63,612 nucleotides of DNA, filler included, from Octopus bimaculoides (GCF_001194135.2; 7 parts of 6 records of this genome joined end to end with filler, not necessarily neighbours in it); one strand, 5' to 3'; numbered from the whole stretch's first letter, positions 38,258-53,153 are shown. Notes: generated by a model from the sequence alone, not told the origin. Made by a program: numbers and translations.

Positions 38258-39389
38258 NNNNNNNNNNNNNNNNNNNNNNNNNNNNNNNNNNNNNNNNNNN
38301 NNNNNNNNNNNNNNNNNNNNNNNNNNNNNNNNNNNNNNNNNNNNNNNNNNNNNNNNNNNNNNNNNNNNNNNNNNNNNNNNNNNNNNNNNNNNNNNNNNNN
38401 NNNNNNNNNNNNNNNNNNNNNNNNNNNNNNNNNNNNNNNNNNNNNNNNNNNNNNNNNNNNNNNNNNNNNNNNNNNNNNNNNNNNNNNNNNNNNNNNNNNN
38501 NNNNNNNNNNNNNNNNNNNNNNNNNNNNNNNNNNNNNNNNNNNNNNNNNNNNNNNNNNNNNNNNNNNNNNNNNNNNNNNNNNNNNNNNNNNNNNNNNNNN
38601 NNNNNNNNNNNNNNNNNNNNNNNNNNNNNNNNNNNNNNNNNNNNNNNNNNNNNNNNNNNNNNNNNNNNNNNNNNNNNNNNNNNNNNNNNNNNNNNNNNNN
38701 NNNNNNNNNNNNNNNNNNNNNNNNNNNNNNNNNNNNNNNNNNNNNNNNNNNNNNNNNNNNNNNNNNNNNNNNAGACAGACATACAGATAGAGAGGGAGAG
38801 AGAGAGAGAAAAGGAGAAACAGAGAGAAAGACAGACAGACAACTAGATAGAGAAATAGAGGGGTAGATAGGTAGACAGACAGACAGACATGATAGAAGAG
38901 TGGTAAAAAAATAACACAGCAAGATACATATCATCATCATCATAGATATAAATATAAAACCAATGATGTATCCCACATGCAAACAGAAATCTTGGAGAGA
39001 AGACGTATGGATAGATGGATAGGTGGATGGACAGACATATATATATATAGAGATAAAAAAGAAAAACACATATGTATACAATAGACATAAAAATATCTTA
39101 GAAAGAGAGAGACAGATAGATAGGTGTAGCTAAACTGCTGAGAGGGATAAAGAAACAATATGGCTTATAAAGCGACAGTGTTCTCAAAGATTACTAACAC
39201 CCTGTTTCGGTCGAAGCAGATACTGTAAACAGAAAAACCAAATGAAGAGATATTAGAATCGTTCCATTCTTTGTCAGAGGAAAACGTTGCCGTTCTTCAT
39301 CAGTAGAAAATATAAATTAAATGAATTAAAATGAAATAAACATCGCATGAAACATTTGGAAATCCTTAGAATGATGTTTTCAAAAGTAA

Positions 39390-39556
39390 CAGGCGTGGCC
39401 GTGTGGTAAGAAGCTTGCTTCCCATCCATATGGTTTTGGGTTCAGTCCCACTGTGTGGTACCTTGGGCGAGTGTCTTCTACTATAGCCTCGGGTTGACCA
39501 GAACCTTATGAGTGGATTATGTACATGAAAACTGAAAGAAGCCCATCATATATATA
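39390..39556 (+). mobile_element. SINE family A 5' half
   Basis: GGCGTGGCCGTGTGGTAAGAAGCTTGCTT head. Confidence 0.85.
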
Positions 39557-39599
39557 TATGTGTGTGTGTGTGTGTATTTATGTGCCTATAATAGAAAGG

Positions 39600-39840
39600 A
39601 TTATCATTATTTATTTATTTATTACCCACAGGGGGCTAAACAGAGAGGACAAACAAGGACAGACAAAGGGATTAAGTTGATTACATCGACCTCAGTGCGT
39701 AACTGGTACTTATTTAATTGACCCTGAAAGGATGAAAGGCAAAGTTGACCTCAGCGGAATTTGAACTCAGAACATAAAGACAGACGAGATGCCTCTAAGC
39801 ATTTCGCCCAGCGTGCTAACCATTCTGCCAGCTCACCGCC
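39600..39840 (-). mobile_element. SINE family B copy
   Basis: Reverse complement of 13957-14190. Confidence 0.85.
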
Positions 39841-40051
39841 ATCTGTCTTTTGTCTTCATGTTCTGGCCTTGTGCCTATAGCAGAAAGAATTCACTACATT
39901 CTGAATTCAAATTCTGCCAAGTTCGACTTAGCCGTCCATCCTTTTGGGGTCAATAAATTACGTATCAGTGAAATACTGGTGGGGGAGGGGTCAATGTAAT
40001 TGACTTACCCCCTCCCCCAAAATGGCTGCCCTTGTGGCAAAATCTGAAATC

Positions 40052-40341
40052 ATTATTATTATTATTATTATTGTTCAGTAGTTTTATTTTTATAACGTAC
40101 TTTCACTTCACTTCCGAGTGCAGCTCTGTGCGCCTTGGGTATGTGCTGTGGTTTGCTGTGGTGCTCTTATGGTTACTGTATTGAAAGTGTTTTGCGTAGA
40201 ATGTGTGCAGTACCCAGTAGTGCAATTTTCTGTATGTTATATATATTTGTAAGGCCTGGTATTTTTGTTATGTATTTGTCTGAATATTTTTTTATTATAC
40301 CTAAGGCACCTACTATGATAGGAATTGTTTCTGTTTTTAGA
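40052..40341 (-). mobile_element. R4/Dong 3'-end fragment with (TAA)n tail
   Basis: Reverse complement matches 59438-59730; VTRMWNLKTETIPIIVGALGIIKK...LGTAHILRKTLSIQ*. Confidence 0.85.
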
Positions 40342-40461
40342 TTCCACATTCGAGTTACCTCNNNNNNNNNNNNNNNNNNNNNNNNNNNNNNNNNNNNNNN
40401 NNNNNTTAATTAATTAANNNNNNNNNNNNNNNNNNNNNNNNNNNNNNNNNNNNNNNNNNNN

Positions 40462-40496
<35 letters not shown>

Positions 40497-41179
40497 GAGA
40501 GAGAGGTTGTCCTATAGCTAGATAAATACGTAGATAAACCGTATAGTAATCTAACAATTTCCATTGTTCATATCAGTAATGATAGTAGCAGGTGTTGCTG
40601 TTTTGTAGAGAAATGTTGAAGACGATTTCTTTCAATTCCGAAAGAAATCTCTCTTAATCTATCTTTCTTCTCTTTTTACATAACTATGCATGACTATGTG
40701 ACTTCTTTTATAATATACCAGTTTAAGTATCTATAACGCGATATATTCAAATGCGTGTAATATATGGATTCCATTTGTACGGAAGGTATTACATGCATCA
40801 TTGAAATGCATTTTTTTTTGTTACATACTTTCAGAAATGTGTATCTACATTAATATGAGACAGGTATGTATGTTAAAATTTACCTGCTAGATATCCAGGC
40901 GTAATACAATGCCTTTATATTATATTATATTATCGTATACTATATCGCATAAGTATGTGCCATACACGTTGAATGGAACACACATACTTAGATCAAGAAA
41001 GTTTCTCTCACATATATATATGCGTATAGAATTATATATACGTGCATCCGTGTGTATGTATATATATATATATAATATATATTCATATATATATATTCAT
41101 ATACACACACACACACACATATAAAAGTATCTGCAGATCTACATTCATACACATGTATACATAGTTATAAATATCGATA

Positions 41180-41330
<151 letters not shown>

Positions 41331-42334
41331 TTATGTGCGTGTGTGTATGCGCATAATACTTATATCTATCAATCTTATATTTGTCGATATACATATGTAT
41401 AAAGCACATTACATTATATCATATATACATGATATACCGTGACTTTTATTTCTGTGTGTATATATGTATATATATAGAAAATTCTTATTTCTAAGACAAT
41501 ATTTTTTATTAATGATTTCTCGTACTGTCCTAAGGTTTCTCAGAACAATTGTGTTCGTATGTGGCTTAGCCACTGGAGAGGTTCTCGTACCGATCTTTTG
41601 AAGGAACTATTAGTATTCGCATGTTGTCTCATATTTTGTAATTAAGCAGTAAATAATACGGAAACAATGTAAATGACATCATCAACACCGTATTTAATAG
41701 TGTTTAACACTGAAATTATCCTCATGTTTTGCTGTGTTCTGATATTTAGATTGTGTCGTTACATATTCATTAATTATTAATACATTTTTGTCTTAATTGT
41801 CAAGTCTGCTTTAGTTCTGTGAAAACCAGTGTAAGATAGATGTGTTATCGATAAATAATTTTCTATTTTGTTTCCTGTTCTGTATAACGTGTCATAATGG
41901 CTTCTTGTTGTAAATGTCGACGAGAAAAAGTCGTTATTGTTAGTCTGATATAACAGTTTGAGTCGTGATATTTGCAACTTTGATGTTTACATTGAAATTT
42001 GTATATTACATTGGATGACTGAAATATTCTCTGTATGCATGCATGTATGTACATGATATTCGATAAATTCTGGGTGTAATGTGTACAATAGAAGCCATTC
42101 CCTGGTCAAGAACCAAAGAGAAAAATCCATAGACTTACTGCTCTCTTATTTCACTTCCTCGTTTGTCGGCAATTATCTCACCTGACAATCGATCTCCACT
42201 CTCCCACCCCACTTTGTCAGCAATCAACTTCTACAGCAATCGATCTGTCTGACAGATTACACCTTCTTGTCAGTTTTACCTTTTATGTTTTCCTTGAGTA
42301 CATGGGTACAGAATTGTGTAACTATGTAACTACT

Positions 42335-42394
<60 letters not shown>

Positions 42395-42443
42395 NNNNNN
42401 NNNNNNNNNNNNNNNNNNNNNNNNNNNNNNNNNNNNNNNNNNN

Positions 42444-42482
<39 letters not shown>

Positions 42483-42829
42483 TGAATGTATGTGTGCTCG
42501 TGTGTGTGTGTGAGACTGTGTGTGCTTTTTTGCGTCTTAACATGTATGTGTTCGAGGATTTGCTTTCTAATCTTGCCTAAATATAGGATCTGATTTTATT
42601 AATGATAATTAAATTATTAGTGTTGTTATTGTTGTCAGTAATATCATAGTGCTAGTGTATTATACTACAATCATCATCATCATCATCATTATTATTATTA
42701 TTATTATTATTATCAGCATCATCTTTACTAATGACGTCTTGGATTAGTCTGTGACACCTTCCTGACAATAATACCAGTTAATGCTCCTCAATGCCACTCT
42801 TTAACTCTATTTAGAACTAACTGGGGTTA

Positions 42830-43500
42830 AGAAACGCAGCAGTTTCTTGTTATCCTTCAGACCATAATAAATACATTTGAGATAATGGAAATGAAATGTG
42901 GGAATAGTCTCCCTTGACCAACTGAGAGTGAAATTAGTGTAGCAAATGACACTGAACAACATTAGACACCACAATACAGAATAAGTTTGTATAGAGAAGA
43001 GGATGTCTTAGGGGCTGGTTCCCTCCCTAGTTCACCTTTTCAATTATATACTCTGTTGCTAGATAATTTTCCTGGGCTCTTGTGGTAATTTTACCAGTTT
43101 TCGTTATTAATTATTTAAGTAACATCAAATCCAAACAATTATCATCTCAATCTAGTTTACATATATTTGTACGTTGTCTAGCAATACATACGCGCATACA
43201 TATATACCGCCATAGAGGTCAGCTGTCCTGCTGTTGTGAATATCTCTTTGAAAATCAAAAAGAAAGGGGATAACTATGGACAACTGTTTCGAAATCTGCA
43301 GCATTTTTATCCAGATTATGAATTCCCATTTATACCAGTAATAACTGGTGCACTTGGTTTTCTGAGTAAATGCCAAAGTAACCAACTGGATAAGCTTGGA
43401 TTTTCAGAAAAAGAAATCCACCAACTGAATCGTGCATTGCAAATACAATCTGAAAATAGAACAGGAAAACTATGCCAAATTGACTTTATTCTTGTTTCCT
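42830..43500 (+). mobile_element. Fragment of a non-LTR retrotransposon with a C-terminal restriction-like endonuclease (R2/R4/NeSL group)
   Basis: NYGQLFRNLQHFYPDYEFPFIPVITGALG resembles the KY..L...L..LY......IP...GALG motif. Confidence 0.6.
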
Positions 43501-43983
43501 ACATTAAAACATTTCCGGGGGGTGACGCTCGTGGCAAGTCTTCCAGAAACGAGATTTTGAAGCTCGAGACATTACGTGATACCCATTGCCTCGTCACCGT
43601 AAGCTTGTAGCAGACTTCCCAGGCTTAATGCAAAATTTCACGTAAGCTCTTTGTTCCTGTCCATGACAAAATCACAGACTACAGCATGCGAGTGACCATA
43701 AAAGCACAAATTTTACAACTTGCGAAGTAAATACAGCAACGTCACTGCGCTCGCAACTGTGTGCTGCCATCTGCTGGCGCGCCACAGAACTAGTCCGGGA
43801 ACTTTTTCATAGCACCTGTTGACAGAGAAAGAAGAAATTGCTGGGGAGCAGAAATGAACTCGTGACGAAAAGTTGGTAGCCTAGTCCATCGTATTATACG
43901 TCTGACTATCTAATTACACAAATTAGTGAATGATATCATATGTATTACACAACAAGTAACGGTATACACACATATACTGCATT

Positions 43984-44014
<31 letters not shown>

Positions 44015-44392
44015 ACATACATATATACATCTGTATGCATACATACACATCATAAGCGCACTTGCAATACACACGCTTACACACACATAAAGACATATAT
44101 TTTTAATTGTATTTAGGAGAGTTTAGCACAAGAACATGGTGCCAGTAAAGTAGAATTTAAGTCCAGCCCAAGACGCGATTCTTTGATTAATGTCCAAACT
44201 AATGATGGAATAAAAGACCCGGCGCTAAAGTTGATGGGGATGTAATTACTGAATTAACATTAAATAGCACACGTTCGTCTCGCTTCGATTTACTTCACTT
44301 AAAACATATTTCTTGGCTGGCAATATCTGCCGATGTAGGCATCTATTTACGTATATGAATATGTGTATACAGATATACATACGTATATACAC

Positions 44393-44428
<36 letters not shown>

Positions 44429-44457
44429 TATTACTATATGATAGATTCACACACACA

Positions 44458-44506
<49 letters not shown>

Positions 44507-44507
44507 G

Positions 44508-44865
44508 CGCAGGAGTAGCTGTGTGGTAAGTAGTTTGCTTACCAACCACATAATTCCGGGTTCAGTCCCACTAAGTGGCATCTTGGGCAAGTACCTTCTA
44601 CTGTAGCCTCGAGTGGATTTGGTGGACGGAAACAGAAAGAAGCTCGACGTATATAAACATTTATATATGTTTGTATGTTTTTGTTTGCCTCCCCACCATC
44701 GCTTGACAATCGATGTTGGTGTGTTTACGTCCCCGTAACTTAGTGGTTCGGCAGGAAAGACCGATAGAATAAGTACTAGGCTAGGCTTAGTCCTCGGGTC
44801 GAATTGTTCGATTAAAGGCGGTGCTCCAGTATGGCCGCAGTCAAATGGCTGAAACAAATAAAAGA
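44508..44865 (+). mobile_element. SINE family A copy
   Basis: Matches 14835-15250, with small deletions. Confidence 0.88.
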
Positions 44866-44984
44866 ATATATATTATATTATAACATATACGTTTATATAA
44901 TATATTATGTATACATTTATAGATATACATATATAAATTTATATGTATGCCTGTGTGCATGTTTGTGTACTCTCACACACACGC

Positions 44985-45016
<32 letters not shown>

Positions 45017-45791
45017 NNNNNNNNNNNNNNNNNNNNNNNNNNNNNNNNNNNNNNGCGCGTATATACATCTATAGATCTGTTTAGGTATTTGTGTGTATAT
45101 ATGGTATGTATGTATGGATGTTTAGAAGATATAAATAAATGTATGCATAGATGTGCATATTTGTTTGCACACATTATGTTCTTATAAGCACATAAATAAA
45201 TTTATTTGCACACAGACACGCACAGACACGCAGCACGATGTCTAAATTACAATATGCAATATAAATGTTATGCATTGAGTGTTTTTTCCGTCTTTGTCAT
45301 TTTCGGAATTAATATTTGACCAACAATGATCGCAAGAAACTGCCTCCCCTCGGAGAGAAAAACTACTTTTGAGAAAGATCTACAAGCGTCTATAAACCAA
45401 TTTTATGTTGTGACGTTCGTTCTCTGTAACACTGGTTAGTTTTAGCCATAGTATGTGCTCCATTGCTTATACTGAAGGCGCAAGGGGTCGAAACCCGAAC
45501 TTGGATTTCGACCACAGCCATTTTGGTGAAGTTTAAGTGTCTTTCTTGTCAATCATAATAAAGAACACGTGAAATATTGTGATGCAGAATCAAGGAAAGC
45601 AACGAAATTGGAAACCTGCTGTCTGTAACAATTCAGTGAGAAAGTTGATATGAGATATTATGACATTCCTTTTGTTTAATTACTGAATTCAATTAATTGT
45701 AGCTTGTAATTATATTCCTCGGGATATATATAAAGTGTAGTTAAAGTTATAACACTGCCACACACACTGCATACACACTTACACATAGTCT

Positions 45792-45829
<38 letters not shown>

Positions 45830-45944
45830 CGTTGCAAAATAACAGTAAATGTAAGTATAACGTTTCTAACGGTTACTATGATGAAATTTTATCTCTTTCA
45901 CTCTCACTCGCTTTCTCTCTTCTTTCATTCTCCCTTTCTCTCTA

Positions 45945-45977
<33 letters not shown>

Positions 45978-46539
45978 CTNNNNNNNNNNNNNNNNNNNNN
46001 NNNNNNNNNNNNNNNNNNNNNNNNNNNNNNNNNNNNNNNNNNNNNNNNNNNNNNNNNNNNNNNNNNNNNNNNNNNNNNNNNNNNNNNNNNNNNNNNNNNN
46101 NNNNNNNNNNNNNNTATATATATGCATACAGAAGGAGAGAGAGAAAGAAGTACATATACTTATGTATATATCTTTACTTGCTGTGTGTGGAGAACCTTGT
46201 AAATTCTTCGAGGTTCGATATTGCTAATATTCCGTTGAAGCACATGCAAGAAAGACCTGAGCAGAGAGGAGATTCCGTGGGACAATGTTTGGGAAGGAAG
46301 GATTCAATGGGGAGGATACTGTACCAATCAATTCCGAGAAGAAAAGACCGTGACAGAGAGGACAACATGCTTGTGTGGCAGAAGCTGGAATGTGTCCGGT
46401 TTTGATGGATTGTCAGTCAGCCGAGTGACCATTCGATACGACTCAGGGTTTCAGTAAGTATAACAGTGTCACGGTTCCCAAATGAGGGCGTTATTGATAA
46501 GGAGCAAAGAAATTTACAAAGAATTTCGATTTCCAAAAG

Positions 46540-46850
46540 ATGGAATGATTGTGAAGGAACCTGCATTCTACTTTACCACAATCATCTGAGTTGTTGCTAT
46601 AAATTTAAACAATTCATAATTTTAGCCAAACCACCAGCAAAATGAAGCAAATAACACATAGTTTAATAAAGAAACTATCAAGTCATTTTGAAATTATCAT
46701 AAATAATGCAACCACACACCTAGAAAGCTTATCTAAAAGACCTGCCAATGAAGGAACGTTTAATGAAGCAATCACTTATTATAATAAAGCTCTCGAAAAG
46801 AGCGGGGTCACAGAAAATGCGAAATATATATACAAATATACTAACTGCAA
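46540..46850 (+). mobile_element. Penelope-like RT thumb fragment
   Basis: KQITHSLIKKLSS...[16 protein letters not shown] resembles the I.K.IP.SI.KRLS...F..A...Y..AL..SG motif. Confidence 0.6.
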
Positions 46851-46957
46851 CTCAAAACGCACGCACACACACACACACACGCACGTACAGACACACACAC
46901 AAATACATCCCTGTATATCGATACAACCATGCTTACATACACATATGTAAACACACG

Positions 46958-47021
<64 letters not shown>

Positions 47022-47140
47022 CGGATGGATATATATATACACATATATATACACACATATATATATACACACATATATATCTTTCTATATATGCGAGTAT
47101 GTGTATACATGTCTATGGCGTGTATATTTGTGTGGGGTGG

Positions 47141-47169
47141 TTAGGGTTAGGGTTAGGGTTAGGGTTAGG
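47141..47169 (+). repeat. Short interstitial telomere-type repeat (TTAGGG)4 plus TTAGG
   Basis: Read directly. Confidence 0.9.
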
Positions 47170-47847
47170 CGGCTAATTGAAAGTTGGTATAGCTGTGATA
47201 ACATTGAGAGAAGCGATGCCATTTGTAATATTGGAATACCATTATTGAATTAGAAATTCTGTCAAATCGCTTCTCTTCTCCAAAGTGTCAAAGATGGCAG
47301 CAACAAGACTAATGGATTCGTAAGAACGTGTGTGTGCGTGTGTGTGTGTGTGTTTGTCCGTGTGCGCACGTGTGTGTGAGCGTGTGTGAGCGTGTGTGTA
47401 ATTGTATATGTGCATATAGGTGCAAGCATACATGTAAGTATATACACATACGTCTGAATGTATGTGTGTGTATGTATACGAGTGTGTATATTTCAATGCT
47501 TGTGTATATATATATATATATATATATATAAGCATAGACATATATATATAAATGTATGTATATGTATATAAATATATATTTATATAAATATATATATATT
47601 TATATCTATATGTATGTATGTATATATGTGTACATATATATGTATATATGTGCATATATATATATATACATATATGTGTATATATATAAATATGTATATA
47701 TGTGTATATGTATACATATATGTGTATATATATATATATATATATCGATGTATGTAGATATTGTGCGCGTATATGCTGGGGTGGTTGATTCTAAAGAGAA
47801 AAGCTTTTCGAGAAAATTCCAAAGATTCTACCTTAATTTCTCTTTTA

Positions 47848-47879
<32 letters not shown>

Positions 47880-49279
47880 TTCCCGCACGCACCTACTCTC
47901 CCCACCACTCTCTTTATCTCTTTTTATGTTTATAAATGAATAATTGCCATGTCTCTTATCATTACGATTCCACCGAAGACTGTGTTATGGCTATGAAAGA
48001 GTATATATTGATTATCAATTAATTACGTTTATTAACATATTGATTAGTTAAATATATTTACTGCTTTTTGCTTTTATTATTTAGATTTCTTATAAATTTC
48101 AAATATTCTTGTTTTTCTTCTTGTGTTTCTTTTTTTTTTTTTTACTTTTCGTTCTATTTTCCAAGTCTAGCTCGGCTGAATTAAGCTAGCAGCTACATTA
48201 ACTTTCAATAACACATACGATTTTCATCACCACCACCACCACCACTACCACCACCGTTGCTGCTGCTACAACTACAACAACAATAACAAATACTACTATT
48301 ACTACTACTACTACTACAAATAATATAATAATAATAATAATAATACTGGTCTGTTGGAATGATTGATGGGAAACGGAGGCCAGAAATATAATTACACGAA
48401 ACTTTCAAACTTATCGGTGTGTGTGTATGCGCGTATATATATATATATATATATATACACTTATATATATATATATATATCTGCATACATAGATGTATAT
48501 ATGTAGAGAATGATATATATATATATANNNNNNNNNNNNNNNNNNNNNNNNNNNNNNNNNNNNNNNNNNNNNNNNNNNNNNNNNNNNNNNNNNNNNNNNN
48601 NNNNNNNNNNNNNNNNNNNNNNNNNNNNNNNNNNNNNNNNNNNNNNNNNNNNNNNNNNNNNNNNNNNNNNNNNNNNNNNNNNNNNNNNNNNNNNNNNNNN
48701 NNNNNNNNNNNNNNNNNNNNNNNNNNNNNNNNNNNNNNNNNNNNNNNNNNNNNNNNNNNNNNNNNNNNNNNNNNNNNNNNNNNNNNNNNNNNNNNNNNNN
48801 NNNNNNNNNNNNNNNNNNNNNNNNNNNNNNNNNNNNNNNNNNNNNNNNNNNNNNNNNNNNNNNNNNNNNNNNNNNNNNNNNNNNNNNNNNNNNNNNNNNN
48901 NNNNNNNNNNNNNNNNNNNNNNNNNNNNNNNNNNNNNNNNNNNNNNNNNNNNNNNNNNNNNNNNNNNNNNNNNNNNNNNNNNNNNNNNNNNNNNNNNNNN
49001 NNNNNNNNNNNNNNNNNNNNNNNNNNNNNNNNNNNNNNNNNNNNNNNNNNNNNNNNNNNNNNNNNNNNNNNNNNNNNNNNNNNNNNNNNNNNNNNNNNNN
49101 NNNNNNNNNNNNNNNNNNNNNNNNNNNNNNNNNNNNNNNNNNNNNNNNNNNNNNNNNNNNNNNNNNNNNNNNNNNNNNNNNNNNNNNNNNNNNNNNNNNN
49201 NNNNNNNNNNNNNNNNNNNNNNNNNNNNNNNNNNNNNNNNNNNNNNNNNNNNNNNNNNNNCACACACACACACACACAC

Positions 49280-49900
49280 GTGGTAATACGACTCCACTCG
49301 ACGATACCTGAGGGTCGTATCAAGTGGCTTTTAGCGGTGAAAGTTTGAATTATAACTGACCTGTCCCACAGAGAACTTTTGAAGATTCCTTCGCAAAAAT
49401 GGATATGCAGGGAATGGCACTGAACATTTTGGGAATCTCTTGCTTGCGCTTGAAACCGTAATGGTACAGGATATCTTGCATTGGCTTCGCTCTAGATCAT
49501 ATCAAAAGGGTGCAGAGGGCTACACCCGTGTTGTGCAAGATTTATTAGAGCTAAAATTTTAGGTTGCACGATCTCTGGTGATGCGACTTTTCGATGCCCG
49601 ATCAAGTTGGAGGACGCCACGGAGAGCACGGAAGCTGCAGGCGCGTGATCGAATGAAGCCGACCGCGGGTACACTCACTTTATGCACCGACATTGTTGAC
49701 ATTTTGTATGGTCAATGGTCAGTGATGGTCTTCCTCTATCACGAGTGGACAGCCATCATATTTGTATAACCAAGTGAATATCATTTGGTCGCATATACCA
49801 GGTTTTAAGTACCCGTGTGGTTGCAATAGGGCGATTGGACCGGGACACTGCATTTCCATCATTTGACTCGAAGAAACACCGAGGATGAGGTACTTGGAAG
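49280..49900 (-). mobile_element. Decayed Gypsy-like pol fragment (RNase H to integrase zinc-binding region)
   Basis: LVIEEDH..PL.I (F.IETDHKPL-like), RLHSITRLQL, VASPEIVQPKILAL...AQHG (V.P..LQPKIL..LH..HQG-like). Confidence 0.5.
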
Positions 49901-50439
49901 AAAGAACGAGCTGCGCTAGTTGTGTAAAAACCAGGATTTTAAGTCAAAATAGAAAGAGACAGCGAAATGTATTTTGGTCCGTTTTCTACCGTTTTTATGA
50001 CTCCACTTACCTGCAACATAGTCGGAGCTGACACGGATCATTGAGTTCCATTCGTTAACATTTCTGTACCTCTATCTCTTTACAATATGGGAAGAGCTAA
50101 CTCGGGCCTTTGTCTTCCACCCCTACCATTTCTGTAACTCCACCTCTCTGCAACATTAGAAGACCTCACAGAGATCCTTGTGTTCCCCCCTCTACCATTT
50201 CTGTAACTCCTCCTCCTTCCAAATATGGGTGGAGCTAATTCAGAATGTTGTGTTCGCTAAATAAAAAACATTAAAATTCACAAAGCTTTCGGTGGTACAG
50301 GACATCATTTTAAAGATGATGACATAACAGGGAGACCGAACAGTATCTGCAGGATGAGGGAAGTTCTAATAAGAAATGGGTTCTTTTCTCTCCCTCACCT
50401 CTCTCTCTCTCTTTCACGCCAAAAAAGTGCGTTGTATCT

Positions 50440-50920
50440 GGCATGCCTTTGAAATAATAGCAATTGTCAGTGCTGTCTGAATACTATGGACGGGGTTTCA
50501 ATGATAACTCATGGATGGTGATTCGATGATTTTCCTTTTCAGCTGCACGCACATTTATGATGTTTTTCTCAGTTCTGCTGATTGCGGGTCTCCCAGAACG
50601 TTCGTCAACATCGACATTTTTTCGGCCATCTTGGAAACGTCTGAACCACTCGTACCCTTGTGTGTGGCTCATGCACTCCTCTCCATACACTTTCTGCAAC
50701 TTTACGTAAGCCTCTGAGCAGGTATCGCTAAGCTTTTGGCAAAATTTGAGGCAGATTCTCTGTCATGCTCAATGTGACGCTCACACGCTACACACGTTTC
50801 TTCCAAGCACTGCTGTAAACAGCGGAAGTGAGCTAGAAGGTTAAACTTAGTGCGCATGTACAGCAAGGTTCAAGGTCAATCTTTGCCAAGCAGCTTTACG
50901 ATGCATGCTTTAAGTTCCTT
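50440..50920 (-). mobile_element. Internally deleted mariner/Tc1 transposon
   Basis: QRICLKFCQKL-like start, QKVYGEECMSHTQGYEWFRRFQDGRKNVDVDERSGRP HTH region, joined directly to a C-terminal YFKG (YFEG-like) segment; the DDD domain is missing. Confidence 0.85.
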
Positions 50921-51020
50921 ACTATGGCAACAGTCCGGATACTTATCGGTCAGACCACTATAACGAGCTGTCACTCTTGTTACTCTCCGATATACTTAAT
51001 CTATAAACCCGCCTTATCAG

Positions 51021-51099
<79 letters not shown>

Positions 51100-51721
51100 N
51101 NNNNNNNNNNNNNNNNNNNNNNNNNNNNNNNNNNNNNNNNNNNNNNNNNNNNNNNNNNNNNNNNNNNNNNNNNNNNNNNNNNNNNNNNNNNNNNNNNNNN
51201 NNNNNNNNNNNNNNNNNNNNNNNNNNNNNNNNNNNNNNNNNNNNNNNNNNNNNNNNNNNNNNNNNNNNNNNNNNNNNNNNNNNNNNNNNNNNNNNNNNNN
51301 NNNNNNNNNNNNNNNNNNNNNNNNNNNNNNNNNNNNNNNNNNNNNNNNNNNNNNNNNNNNNNNNNNNNNNNNNNNNNNNNNNNNNNNNNNNNNNNNNNNN
51401 NNNNNNNNNNNNNNNNNNNNNNNNNNNNNNNNNNNNNNNNNNNNNNNNNNNNNNNNNNNNNNNNNNNNNNNNNNNNNNNNNNNNNNNNNNNNNNNNNNNN
51501 NNNNNNNNNNNNNNNNNNNNNNNNNNNNNNNNNNNNNNNNNNNNNNNNNNNNNNNNNNNNNNNNNNNNNNNNNNNNNNNNNNNNNNNNNNNNNNNNNNNN
51601 NNNNNNNNNNNNNNNNNNNNNNNNNNNNNNNNNNNNNNNNNNNNNNNNNNNNNNNNNNNNNNNNNNNNNNNNNNNNNNNNNNNNNNNNNNNNNNNNNNNN
51701 NNNNNNNNNNNNNNNNNNNNN

Positions 51722-51774
<53 letters not shown>

Positions 51775-53049
51775 AAGTCACATAAACCGCTCCTCACACA
51801 GACAGACATTCACTCACACATACAAGCAATCACGCTTCGAATATTCTGCCAACAAAGCAGGCAGCATAAATCAGTGGGTGTGTCTAGACTATAGCACCGC
51901 CTTCTTTTTTACTTAACTGTCCCACCCAGCCCATATCTCCTCCCACTTTGCATTGTCTATTTATATTAGACACGCTATGAGGAAACTGAAGCGGCAATAA
52001 TGCGCGTAGTTAATTAATCCCTTAACTATTAATCAGCACTAATTAATAACTAGTTAAGATACTGTATGGGTGGGGCTGTGGGCGGAGTCAGAATAAAGAA
52101 AATTTAGCAAACAACGGCAGTGAAATTATATTGTAATTCATTTATACTTATGATTGTTTTTGTAGTTATTATTATTATTATTTGTTAATTATATGTCAGC
52201 CCTGGTCCAACAGAAGTATAATCAAAGGTATTCCAGCCATGACCATCCTGTCTTTTTTCTTGGAACATTGTCTTTTTCTAAAAGGCCAGGAAGTAATTGA
52301 AGTATGTTTCGCTGCTATTTGTGGAATTTCAACCATGTAGACGCTGGTTGTTGCTGTTGTTGTTGTTGTTGTTACTGTTGTTGTTGTAGATCTCTGATAA
52401 AAGCATTCCTGTCATGACATTCCCAACTTTTACCTACGAGCAGAGAACGTACGGCTACATTGGCGCAGTTAGAAGTAGTGTGTAAATTTGGCTGCTATTT
52501 CTAGCGAGCCAAACGATCATGAAGAGGCTTTTTGAGTAGTACAACATGATAATATCAGTAAAACCACGTGACCTTGTGTTTATTTCCCTTCAACCCCTTG
52601 ACTTTTGCTTCTTTTTTTTTCTGGTGTCAAGGTGATTCGTCTTGACCTTCGTATAAAACGGGGGTGGGGAAACCCCCGTGAGCCCGTTTTATTGCTCCCA
52701 CTGGCTGACATTCTCATACGTACAAAATGTAGTAAATTTCTCAATCAAAATTTATACAATATTCGTATGTGTATTTGCGACATGGGTCACGTTACCTCTA
52801 CGACTTAAAATGGTCAGAAATCGTCCAGGAATTGCCATTTGAATGGAAGTTTTGTTTTCACTATAAAACACATACTGCTGGGTTTGTACCATCCCCTTGA
52901 GACCCAACTACACTCAAGCTGAAAAATATAGAATACCCCATAAGTAATATAAACGTCCTAAATTCAGTGGCGACGTTAAAGAAGATGTTACGCATTAATT
53001 TAATGTGTTAAACTTATCTTTATTAATGTACATCGAATTATAATTCGAT

Positions 53050-53086
53050 AGATGTTAAGCGAAGGCGGGTGGGACAAACGCACGCA

Positions 53087-53153
<67 letters not shown>

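Noticed and set aside
39190-39310. CTGATGA plus a hairpin and a distant GAAA on the minus strand; also a possible small SLC6 exon (YLLRPKQG)
   Set aside because: Stems II and I do not close as a hammerhead, and the exon candidate lacks a convincing donor and SLC6 motif.
45465-45510. CTGAAGG...GGTCGAAA hairpin resembling a hammerhead
   Set aside because: The core lacks A9, and the GAAA is sequestered in a simple GGTCGAAA/TTTCGACC hairpin.
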